A program made the position numbers and the translations under genes. This document shows, piece after piece, positions 1 through 10,070 of a stretch of 64,000 nt of DNA. Under the pieces are notes generated by a model. That model worked only from the letters and a program-made list of their open reading frames with translations. It was not told the origin of the DNA and searched no databases. The stretch is from Penicillus capitatus (taxonomy: Eukaryota; Plantae; Chlorophyta), in NCBI GenBank assembly GCA_965649825.1, contig OZ287697.1:2094351-2158350 (forward strand), read 5' to 3'. Each line of letters starts with the position of its first letter. Position 1 is the first letter of the stretch.

Positions 1-769
1 GTGTGTCTAGAGTGTGCGAATTCCAGACTTCGGAATAGTGGTTCAATTTTTGAAAATTAACCACCACGCGTACACGGCCGTCAGGTTTACGAAGAAAAAT
101 GACAGGAGAGAAAAACCCACGGTCAAAACGAGGAACTTCTTGTATAATGCCACGGGAAAGTAAGGATTCAATCTCGTGCCGCGCATGCTGGGCAGAACAA
201 TCAGTAAAGCAAGGAGGAGCACCCGAGTCTGCAAACGGGACCGGGGACTTCCAGATCAAATCGTCAGCTCTTACTACAAGCGCACGGAGTGTAGAAGACG
301 TCGCATAACTAGAATCATTGTCGGCAAAAAAGTACGGAAAACGAGATTGCCAAACAGAAAACGAAGGTGACGATTCCAAACCAACATCCGGGCGCTCGGA
401 TGTGGGGGAATCCTGAGAAGTAAGTCGTAAAACGAGTTGTGGGTCATTAAGAATCCGCCCACTTCCGGAAAAGGTTCCTCGAACGACTTTCAACTTAGGG
501 GAAAGTGTAGTGAGGCGGTCGGAGAAATTGTGAATACGGACAGAAACACGACCGTTCTTTCCGAGAATAGGATTGACCGAAACGTCTCGCAGAAAACAAC
601 ACGAAAACAGGCCAGTAAGGCCTCCACCAAGCACACTAACCGGAAGGACTGATAAGCGACTTTCAAAAGGTGTCAGGAAAAGAGTTCGGCCGAGTTTGAG
701 AATAAAAGATGTTTGAGAGATACTTGGTTCAGCACCCTTAAGAAGGGCACGGTCTACTCGAAGCGTCAC
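1..769 (-). CDS. pol: pol 5' part (dUTPase-like region and pre-RT segment), copy 1, partial
   Basis: Same sequence as 14787-15555 of the 972-aa pol ORF. Confidence 0.9.
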   Translation of the reverse strand, partial: MTLRVDRALLKGAEPSISQTSFILKLGRTLFLTPFESRLSVLPVSVLGGGLTGLFSCCFLRDVSVNPILGKNGRVSVRIHNFSDRLTTLSPKLKVVRGTFSGSGRILNDPQLVLRLTSQDSPTSERPDVGLESSPSFSVWQSRFPYFFADNDSSYATSSTLRALVVRADDLIWKSPVPFADSGAPPCFTDCSAQHARHEIESLLSRGIIQEVPRFDRGFFSPVIFLRKPDGRVRVVVNFQKLNHYSEVWNSHTLDT

Positions 770-798
770 GCCAGGCGAAGCGCCATGACCTGGCGGAG

Positions 799-2355
799 CT
801 AGTTTGAAGAGACCGAGTGACAGAATACCACATGACCGTCTGTCCCAAGGAGGCAGTCATTGGAGCAGTCCACCGAGATACCAAAAGTTTTCAAAGCCGA
901 ATACCCGAGGATCACCTTATTAGTCGCATCGGTCACATAGTAGGGAATTGCTTGATTCCAGCCGCCAATGCGCGTCGGCAGAATGACCTCGCCGGTGACT
1001 TGACTGGTTGAATTATTGAACCCACGTAGTTGAGTGTTTTCCACTCGCTTTACTCGAAGACCCCAGCGCTGGCAATACTGAAGCGGCAATAACGATACCT
1101 CTGCCCCAGTGTCAATGAGAGCTTGTTCCTTCTCCGGCCGGTTGGCTAGGTAAGTTGCCACTTTCAATGAAGCCCGACCCCTTTGAGGTCTGCTAGACGA
1201 CGACTGGTCAACTCGAGGATAATCGATATATTTGACTGTGTCCTTTCCCGAGTCTTCCTCCTTCAAAACCATCAGTCTTGTCTCTTTGGGCTTGCCCTTC
1301 TTCGCAGAGATGTCGCGTTGTGTTGCCGGGGATAGGCCAACGGAGAGTACAGATGCTGAGTCGTCCTCCCTCTCTTCCTCTTCAAACGCAGCCAACGGTG
1401 CGAAGTGATTCTGTGTTGGTATTGGGTGCGATTCCCGCACGTGGTGTGATCGTTGGCGACAGAATTTGGCTGAGTGGCCATACTCTCCACATTGATAGCA
1501 GTTTCCCTGAAACTGCCTTGCTGGCCGTCTTTGACCAGAACGTTTATTTCCTCTTAGATTCTGGAACTGGCCTTGCGATCCCTTCTGGCGCCACTGTCCG
1601 ACAATGTCCTCAGCAATGCTTGCAAAACGAGGATTTCTGGCAAGTTCACTCCTCATTGCATCACAGAGCTCTCGTAATGATAATGTCTGGCCAAAACTGT
1701 CCACGTTATGGGAAATGTTCCCTCCTCCATTTGCATCTATCGCATCCACTTCCATGGCATCCTTATCCACCTCGGCGGCAGACGATGACCCCGTCCAAAA
1801 AGTCACGTTTCTAATGACCAGAATCATCTCATTTATCGTAGCCGTAACGGGCAGACTAGCGATTGCCCTCTTTAGTGCTGGCGGGAGTTTTCCATATAAC
1901 AGCTTTATTTGCATTTCCCTCGCTAGACCAGACTGAGTTGCCATGACTCCGAACCTCTCCGCGAACTGTAGCCAAGATTCCGCCTTTTTCTTGCTCGCAG
2001 ATGCCAGCCTCTCTCCTGAAGTGGCTCCTGCAGTGGAGCATTGGGCCAGAAGCATTGCTTTAAAAACGTGCCACTTGTCCTCATCGCTTATCGCCGCCTT
2101 TGCTGCAGGGAAACAATTCTTGATGGCCGCGGCCCTTGTCGCGAATGCAGTGTTAAACGCGGCGAGTTCTGCAAAATGTGGCTCAGCGGTCCCCGTCACC
2201 TGGCGGAAGAGCTCGAACAAGGGCGAGCCGACTTCGACCCTTTCCATGACTTTGGCCATCCGCGGTCGATAACCGTCAGCGACCATAGCGGCCGCGTTGA
2301 GAGCGGTCTCAACCTCATGACGTTCAGTGGATAGATATTGTCGCTCCGAAACCAT
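799..2355 (-). CDS. gag: Gag-protease polyprotein, copy 1
   Basis: 518-aa ORF with CCHC knuckle CYQCGEYGHSAKFC and aspartic protease motif ALIDTGAEVSLL. Confidence 0.93.
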   Translation of the reverse strand: MVSERQYLSTERHEVETALNAAAMVADGYRPRMAKVMERVEVGSPLFELFRQVTGTAEPHFAELAAFNTAFATRAAAIKNCFPAAKAAISDEDKWHVFKAMLLAQCSTAGATSGERLASASKKKAESWLQFAERFGVMATQSGLAREMQIKLLYGKLPPALKRAIASLPVTATINEMILVIRNVTFWTGSSSAAEVDKDAMEVDAIDANGGGNISHNVDSFGQTLSLRELCDAMRSELARNPRFASIAEDIVGQWRQKGSQGQFQNLRGNKRSGQRRPARQFQGNCYQCGEYGHSAKFCRQRSHHVRESHPIPTQNHFAPLAAFEEEEREDDSASVLSVGLSPATQRDISAKKGKPKETRLMVLKEEDSGKDTVKYIDYPRVDQSSSSRPQRGRASLKVATYLANRPEKEQALIDTGAEVSLLPLQYCQRWGLRVKRVENTQLRGFNNSTSQVTGEVILPTRIGGWNQAIPYYVTDATNKVILGYSALKTFGISVDCSNDCLLGTDGHVVFCHSVSSN

Positions 2356-2493
2356 TTCGCTTTTTGTTTGGTGTAAACAGAAGCTTAAAAGGGAACGTCA
2401 GATACAAATAACCTAATGCTGTTTCTTTAATTTATATCGATGATGTGACCCTTATTAGTCACCGTCCATGTCGTTCAGCACTCTATCCCGACA
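2355..2493 (-). repeat. 5' LTR of copy 1 (139 bp)
   Basis: Identical to 12537-12675 and 17141-17279. Confidence 0.95.
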
Positions 2494-2623
2494 GTAAGCG
2501 AACATCAATTCTATCATCGCGTTCATGCAGCTCGGAGTCGGTTGGGTCAGGTGCCCGTGGAGGTCGGGGTATGTCAATTCTTTGCTCCGGAATAGGCGAA
2601 GAAGGTTGTGCTGCTAGCTTCAT
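2494..2623 (-). pseudogene. 5' piece of exon 1 of a DMT/EamA transporter paralog, cut by the LTR element (copy 1)
   Basis: Reads MKLAAQPSSPIPEQRIDIPRPPRAPDPTDSELHERDDRIDVRL, homologous to MEHAAQSSSPTLEQRIDIHRPPRAQHPSSSELYEHDDKTDVLI at 49747. Confidence 0.85.
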
Positions 2624-2989
2624 TCTGAGATTTACACGACGGCGACACTTTGCAGTGGCCGCTTGGCCGATAGCTATACTTATAGTTCATATTTAGGTCA
2701 CATGGCCGATGGCTGTAGTTGTAGTTCATATTTAGGATAACGTGCCGCACGAAGTTGACGAAAATAGGAGCAGACAAGTGCTGCTGACGCAGCATCCTGC
2801 CGGGAAAAACTACTACGCGTGCATCAATCACCTCTGCCGTTTTGAACCTGAAATGGCGGGGCGTTTCCGCAGGGGCACTGACAGACAACGCCATCTTCAA
2901 AGACAAATCATCTTTTTGAAGAACACAAAATCTGGCGGTACTTCTTTCACCATCCATTGCTTTGGCAAAGTACTTGCTAGATGAGAAGA

Positions 2990-3140
2990 GCGGACATGGA
3001 TGTTATATCGACGGCTTCATTTTAGGTTCTAGGCCGGATGGACACTGAATCGACACCTACGCTCTTGATGTGCTTGTTGAACTGATCCCTACAAGGAACG
3101 TCGGTACATCCAAAACGTGCTTCACGACAGGGACTTCGAA
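2990..3140 (-). pseudogene. Degenerate relic of the last exon/intron of plastid rps15 (second copy at about 17776-17926)
   Basis: About 2860-3140 aligns by eye with 49980-50240, which contains the final rps15 exon; the frame is broken here. Confidence 0.55.
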
Positions 3141-3146
3141 TCCGTA

Positions 3147-4453
3147 CCCCGAAGAGTTACACTTACGATTACCTCACAACCATGGAAGACTACTTCGACA
3201 CGTCGCAGATCAACATCGTGTTCCGAGACTCCGTCGACTACACAGACCCTCAAGACTTTGAAGCGGCCAGGCAGTCGGAGTACGAATACGTTGATGGAGG
3301 ATACCGAACAGAGGAGCGGCTGATGTCGCAGTCGTGGATGGATTTCTACACGCAGTATGTCGAAGCGAAGTTCTGCTCGAACGAGATCTGCATGGACGAA
3401 GTGCACTGGTACTACGATGGCTTCTCCTCTGCCGATTTTGCGCATCCGTCGAAGAACATCTGCGCCGGCGTCGCGTCAGCCGAAGAGTGTGAGCAGAGGT
3501 GCGAGACGCATTGTCCGCAGGAGGCAGTCGGAATGAGAGAACGGTGCCAGTACAAAAAGGACTCGATGGAATGCTACTGCCCTTATCGGCCAATGCTGAC
3601 ACAGCGCAACTTCTACGAGAACCCCGAAGGCTTTGACAGCAAGATCGAGAGCTACTGGGTGGATTTCCTGAACAACACGGCGACCGGACGTGCATCCAGA
3701 GTCTTCATCAACCTGGACGAGGAGACGACGACGGAGAGAAACACCTTCGGCACGCCAAAGGGCACGCGGTCGTACGTCTATGCCAGAGGCCTCACGAGCG
3801 TGCCCAGTCAACTGGACCACCTCCAGGAGGGACGCGACATCCTCGATCGACAGTCGATCGAGGTCTATCCGTTCGACTACGTGGTGTATGCCATCGGCGA
3901 GCAGTACGAAGACCTGGCGTTGAAGACGGTAGAGGCGATAGGCATCTCCATGGCTGTCGCGACGGTCGTCATGCTGCCCCTCATCGTCAACGTCTTTGCC
4001 GCGCTCATCGTGTCTGTCTGCGTGCTGCTCTCTGTTCTGCTGACGGTTGGAATGACCAGTTGGACTGTTATCGATCTGGAATACTCTGCCTACGTTGCTT
4101 TCATTGTGACGGTTGGGTTGTCCGTGGAGTTCTGTGCGCACATTGCTCGAGATTTCATGTTGGCCGAGGGGGATCGTCTCACACGTTCTATACACGCGCT
4201 CCAGACTATGGGCATTGCAGTATTCAATGGCGGCGTTACGACTTTTCTCGGAATTCTGCCCTCTGCTCTTTCAGATTATCCAGCCATTAGAAATCGTTTG
4301 TTCGTTCAGTATTCCATTTCCACTATCGCCGGCATGTTTACGGGCCTGCTCCTCCTGCCGACCATCCTGTCCCTGATTGGACCTCCGTCCTCCTCCCCCG
4401 AGGAACCGAATAAAGATGCCAAGGATCCGCAGAAAGGAGCGGCACAGCCCTGA
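3147..4453 (+). pseudogene. 5'-truncated NPC1/Patched-like copy (C-terminal 423 aa still open, 3182-4453)
   Basis: Near-identical to the C-terminal third of the 1260-aa ORF at 37894-41676; begins abruptly at CCCCGAAGAG. Confidence 0.9.
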
Positions 4454-5031
4454 TGAATGTACAGATATCATTGGGGCGCATCTTGTTATTCTTTGTTGTT
4501 GTGTTCCTTTTGCGAGTCAGTGCGTTCGCTCTGATGTGTTTTGCCATGAGTGTTTTTTTATTGCATGTGGTATGGGAGACATAAACAATGATGAATGATA
4601 AACGATAACGACCGACGTGAGTTACGTTCGTTGATCCATGTGTCGACGTTCGTTAGAACACGCGACATCGTCGTGCCAAGAACAAGCCGCCGTACATATT
4701 CAACATTCAATCTGTCATATCTGAACTCTGCCATTGTAATGACTTTGTGTGTTATGATATTCCTTTAACCGAACAATCATGTCTCATCGTCTCGGCAGAA
4801 ATTCAACAGGTACTGACGATGGAGAATTCACAACACGCAGCCGATACGTAATGTCGAACATAGATGTTGCACTCAATATGTCCGACGGAGCCTGCTGTGC
4901 TTACAGCTGTGCTCACTATCACTCTTTCACTGACAGCTATGCTCACTCTGTCACTCTCTCACTCGCAGCCAGAAACAACACTTCTGTCGCGGAACTGTGG
5001 TCATAGCCGGAGTTAATATGGTGTCACACTT

Positions 5032-6692
5032 TCAGTAACTTCTATTACAAGTTAAAAACTGTACATATGACAATGCACAAGATTTATTGAAAGTCTGAAT
5101 GGAGTCTAGCAATTTCCGGCGGATTTCTTCTGTCACTCCAGGTATGTCTCTAAACGCAAGTCACACACCAGAAGGTGATCAACTTGGACAGATAGACAGA
5201 AAAAGGCTTACGTGGTGATGTCTATGGTTCTCCAGCTATCCGCATCTCCATCTTTCTCCCTTAGTTTGCAGCGTTCCTTGATCTCTGCAAAATCCGGCTC
5301 GGGAGAATTTTTCCTTAGATTTCCAAAGACATGACAGGCTGCCTCTGGAGATGATGACCAAATCAACCTGCAGAACACAAAACAAACTCTGTCATGTTAT
5401 TTAAGAAGCATCATTGTAGATTACCCGTAGGTTGGAAAATGATGCATCAATAAGAAAAGACGGGAAACAATACTTTTAGATGAGATCGGCACAATGAGAT
5501 CATCATCTAACAGGGGCATCCGCCTCCCATTCAACTCGATGTGCAGCATCGGGGTCTTGAATCTCTTCTTCATGGCGGCCATTTGCTTGAAGATTCTCTT
5601 CGAGTTGAATGACCCGTGAAAATCTGTCACCGTTTTCCTCTCGATGACGATGTCCGGGGTCAATACATAGTCCCCCACCTACCGTATTTCTTTTTATGTT
5701 TTTGTGATGTTTATTACTCATTGTCTTACCTTCAGAGTCGATGCTCGGAGCCTAAAGTTTGCATAATCTAGTGCGGCTGGGAGTATGGCTCTAAACTCGC
5801 GGATGTCAATGACAACCTCCCCTCGCCTCACAACGTCCTATCATGGCAGATTCTCTTTTCTAGCACATATTTTGATATGTGAGTGATGCATTACCAAGTG
5901 CAGATCGAATCGTCTTTTGATGTCTAGAGAGAGGAGAATGTACTCCTTGTTGTCCTCTATGTCCTTAAAGACATTCTCCTCTCTCTCTGCTGCATCCGTC
6001 ATCATCATCTCAATGTCGATGTCGGCCACCACCGATGCCCGAGAACGTAGCCAAAGGGAGAGCTGCCGAAGATGCAACAACTCCATGACCCCCTTTGCCT
6101 AAATCTCACACATTTAACAAAATTTTTCACACTGCTAAACAAAACCTTGGTGAATCCTGCTTCATTTGAAGCAGGATTGTTGCTAATCAGATGAACAAAC
6201 CCTTGAGGGTTGCCTCGATGGAAGAGGCGCAAAGAAAATTCGATGCCGGAGTGTCGGAACACCTCTACTGGATCGAAAAATAAGATCCCAGCAAACGCGC
6301 CAGGATTGATCTCGTGCTCCAAGAAGTCGATTAGCAGAATGAGTGTGGTCACGAAACACACACTCCCTTTTTGGTAATGCTCATGTCGCTTCTTCTGCGA
6401 CATTTTGTCCTTGCTGAGATCGACCGGTTTTGATCCCGAGGGATCTTGGCGGCCGATCTCATTGCTCAGAGCTTCTTTCGTTGACTCTGAGCAACCAACG
6501 AGAAGCACAGCCCCTCGTTTCCTTGATGGCATGGGTGCGGAGAAAGGCCTTGACGGGTTTTGTCCACCCGATGCCGGAGCCAACAACGAAAGGATAGCTC
6601 GGAAAAACTGCTCCTGCGGGATTTGCCGCCAATGACACCGCACACAACTCCTTCGCACAACTGAACCGAAACTCACGGAATTCTTCTGCCAT
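5032..6692 (-). pseudogene. XPF-like: Short XPF/ERCC4 (Rad1-like) endonuclease paralog, probably frameshifted
   Basis: N-terminal XPF segment (HYQKGSVCFVTTLILLIDFL...SLRLFHRGNPQGFV), nuclease VIDIREF...GDYVLTPDIVIERKTVTDF, RLIWSSSP and an HhH exon IPGVTEEIRRKLLDSI; frame change near 6530-6560. End coordinate approximate. Confidence 0.8.
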
Positions 6693-6704
6693 GTGTTTTT
6701 ACCT

Positions 6705-8675
6705 TTACGAATGCATAGAGGAGTAGTGTGAGGACGGCGCAGATGAGGAGATCGGGAGATCGTTAAAGATCTGCGCTTATTTTATCGCGTCCAATGACAA
6801 AGGCTCCAGAGATCAGATCCAAGGCGTCTTGTTTTCTGCCGTCCTCAAAGTTGTTGAGGTAGTAACGTGTGACACTCTTGATACCGTCGTCGATCAGTCC
6901 CCCTACGGAACGCTTTCCTGTGCGAGTGAAACCACTCTCTAGCGCTCCCGTTCCACTATATTGAAGGGAGATTTCGTCTCCGTGATCTGCCCAGATCACT
7001 TTGAACTGGGCCTCGACCTGCATAAACACAAAGCTATGGACGACATGACAGCAGATGGCGCTGTATCTGACACGAGGGAAAGATGCTGGCAGAGATGCTT
7101 GGACCCCAAGTAGATGCGCTTTCTCGAGAAAGGACTCCAAGGCATAACGGCCAAACACAGTTTGCACGACGTTGGTGCGATCAAGGCAATCGACACAATT
7201 GGTGCGAACGATGCCGTCTTGAACAGATGTTGCTCGGCCCTCCTCCTGTCATGCACTTGTGTTCGCACACGAAATCGGACGAGGATAGAGATACCATAAC
7301 GAACAGGCCAAAGCGATCCGGATCTGCTCGGATTCTGTCGAAGAGGATGTAGATACGATGATATCGAGTCGTTCCACATTCTTCACTGAAATCAGAATTG
7401 TTGAGACGGAAGCCGTCTTTCGTCCTTGAGAAACGCCGAGCGGAATTTTCGGATGCACTTGTCAAGGAACCCTCAGATCCGGTGGCGCGTGCCAAATTCG
7501 CCGCAACGCATTCCTGTCCAACAACATCTCTGCATCCCATCCCCCACGACACAGGCCTTGTTGCTCACTGTGTGCGTATGGAGAAGGTCATCGACGTGAA
7601 CGTCGAAGGCATGTGTGTAGTCCATCTCTCTCCCGAGACGCGTGGGTGGCTCGTGCTTGAGTTCGGAATGCTCGTCCAAAACGCGGGGATCGATCCTCGC
7701 AGCTGAATGAACGAACACACATGTCCATTCGACAGACACAGAAGCTGTTCTGTCTCGACGGAATCTGCCACGGATCCCTGACATCAACACATACAGGTTC
7801 GTGAGGCGTAGACGCGAAGAAGCACTTGGAGATCGGCGCCCCTTCTCCAGCTGCGCGTGCCCAGGCGTCTCACCGAACGACGTGCCACAATCGTCAACTT
7901 CCCGGTTACTCGGTGCGAGAATTCCGAATCCGTCAGCTCCTGTACGAAGCGTTGAATGACAGGTAACACAAATCCATGTGCTCTCGGCTCTACACCGCCG
8001 ACATCTGGACATCCTCGCGGAAAGGGATGTGCATTACGTGTGACGGGTTCCATCACATGGCGATTCCAGGAGAAGCGGGTGTCTTCCAGTCCCCACGACC
8101 CTCCTCCTCTTTCGTTGCCGACGGCCGCCTGTCGCTCAGTGCTCGGCGTCAGTCGGATTCAGCTGCTGAAGCACAGTCCTCTTCCGGCTTGTTTGGGATC
8201 CACTGCCGATCTCGCCAATTCGATGTGGCTACGCACAGGGGCTCGCACAAATCACGCGTCCACACATCTACGCACGCACTTGGCATCTTCTGGTGGAAAA
8301 CGTCCCCTGGGAAGATGCAGTTCTGTCTGAACCACTCGGTAAACTGGGGAGCCATGCACCGTTGCGACCTGCAGGACAAACAAAGGCTGTCGCCGTCCGG
8401 TCTGCGTGAGCAGGCGAGTGCACTTGTTTCGCTTCCTTGATGGTGACGAGGACCGTTGCTTTGGCAAGGAGAAGCATTCCCAGAAGTCCAGGGAACGCGA
8501 TGCAGCTACGAAGGAAACGCGGCCGCGTCGACGCTTCGGCTGTGCCGGTTCGGAGGTCGATCTCCAGCGTCTCGACGCATTCCCCTGTCGAGCGGAAAGG
8601 CTGAAGGACGACGACGTCGCCCGTTCTCCTGAGGGCGACGCCAACGAAGGCGTTCGTTATTGCGGTCTCAGTCAT
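6705..8675 (-). pseudogene. SAC1: SAC1-type phosphoinositide phosphatase pseudogene, copy 1
   Basis: Motifs LRGSIPAFW, RTNCVDCLDRTN, WADHGDEISLQYSGTGAL, RYYLNNFEDGRKQDA; 1-nt deletion at about 7660 and TAA before the first TM helix. Confidence 0.85.
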
Positions 8676-10070
8676 GGCGCTTCTTCGCGTCTTCGACTCG
8701 ACGCTGCGACACCTGTGGTCTCGCGCGCCGCAGCGTCGAGCTGTGCTGTCGAAGGTGTTGGCGGCGAGACCGGTCGCGCCGAGAGAGATTCCGAGCGCGG
8801 CCTACAGAAAGAAGTGTCTGCTGGGGTGTGGGAAACGGTCGTCGACTGCAAACCTGAAGGCGAAATTGACGAGACGCTGGTTGCAAAGATGGCGTGCATT
8901 TACAATGATGGAAAACTGACGACGCCGACGAATCCTAGACTCTGGACGGGACGGATGTGACATTGCAGAAGACGGTGGACACTGAGAAGCATTGTCTTTG
9001 TGCTCTTTCATCTTGGGAGCGCGCGTCTCGCTAAAAACTGTCCCGCATTCACTAGAGAAGCCGAATTGAGTATGGCGGACGGGAACGCTGACTGGTGATG
9101 TGACCAACGGCCAAATGACGCACGGTGAGAGGTTGTCCACGTAAAGCAATTCGAGGCGCAATGACCTCCGACTTTTCCGTTTTAGTGTTTCGGTGCGGAA
9201 TGTGCTCGAAAGAGACATCATGGCAGTCGTGACGCGTCTGCTGAGGCGAATTCCGACAGTTGTCGCCCGTTCCAGTGACAGCGACAATCACAGACGGGCA
9301 GACGACGAGCGGTTTTCGTTACCTGAGCGATCAACGCAGTCGCTGTCTTCTGACACTCGCTTGCCCTTATGACGCGACGCATCCCTTGATGTTCCGAACA
9401 GGCAAGCGCCTATCAGATCGATGAAAGTAAGCAACATATTTCGTCTCTCATCGAGACTCCGTTGTCTGTTGGGGACATGGAGCCGACGACAGACCAGACA
9501 GGCACCAGGTTTCGCCGCTATCTTCGTAAGATGCTTCTTCTTGCCGACACGTGTTGCTGAGAGCCGTTTCTTGTCGGCGGATGCACCGCCGACCGATCTC
9601 CGTATTGCCAAACACAGTCGGAAATGGCCAATCTCCGAATGCTGTTCTGTGTTGCAGATCAAGGGCATGGTATCGGGCGGTGGACCGGAGAGATTCCTTC
9701 GGAGCAGGCCAGTCATCCGTCTGCATGGCATTGTATGAAGCTCTGCCGCGAAGGATACGGTGAGTCATTCTCGCCTTTTGTTGGGCGAACCCGCAACTTT
9801 CAGGGTGCATGCCGTGTAAGAAGTACTATGGTCGACTGTTGCGTTTTGTCTGACCACTCCTGAGGATTCCCATATCGATAACAAATTTACCTCTCGCTGC
9901 ATAGAGCATCCGTCCAGTGGTTGTTGTTCAAGGTGCGCATTTTTGCTGTTCGGCGCGCTGAATTGTTCTGACGAGTTGTCAAACACTCTCAACGTTGTCG
10001 TCTCATAATCTGAATTTTAGAGAACATGTTGGCTGCAATAGTAGAGTCCGTTTGGCAGGACACCGCCATG
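8672..10070 (-). other. Unassigned, probably degenerate gene upstream of SAC1 (copies at about 22791-24170 and 32925-34342)
   Basis: GT-AG-bounded segments; the third copy encodes a TM-like ALGISLGVYMYWALYVK ending in TGA that overlaps the SAC1 ATG. No family recognised. Confidence 0.3.

Larger units (their letters stand above)
1..2493 (-). mobile_element. Ty3/gypsy-type LTR retrotransposon, copy 1 (5' half; cut by window start)
   Basis: No differences seen by eye versus 14787-17279 (offset 14786). Includes gag-pro ORF 799-2355, the 5' end of pol, LTR 2355-2493 and the same right flank (GTAAG + DMT exon 1), so it is a segmental copy rather than an independent insertion. Confidence 0.95.

Noticed and set aside
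2668-2736. Imperfect ~39-bp tandem duplication containing TAGTTCATATTTAGG twice (also at about 17454-17522)
   Set aside because: Only two units, upstream of the DMT paralog; a local slippage duplication, not a CRISPR or satellite array.
4895-4970. CTCACT/CTGTCACT low-complexity run (also about 19690-19750 and 37385-37445)
   Set aside because: Degenerate microsatellite-like intergenic sequence with no structure beyond the segmental copies.
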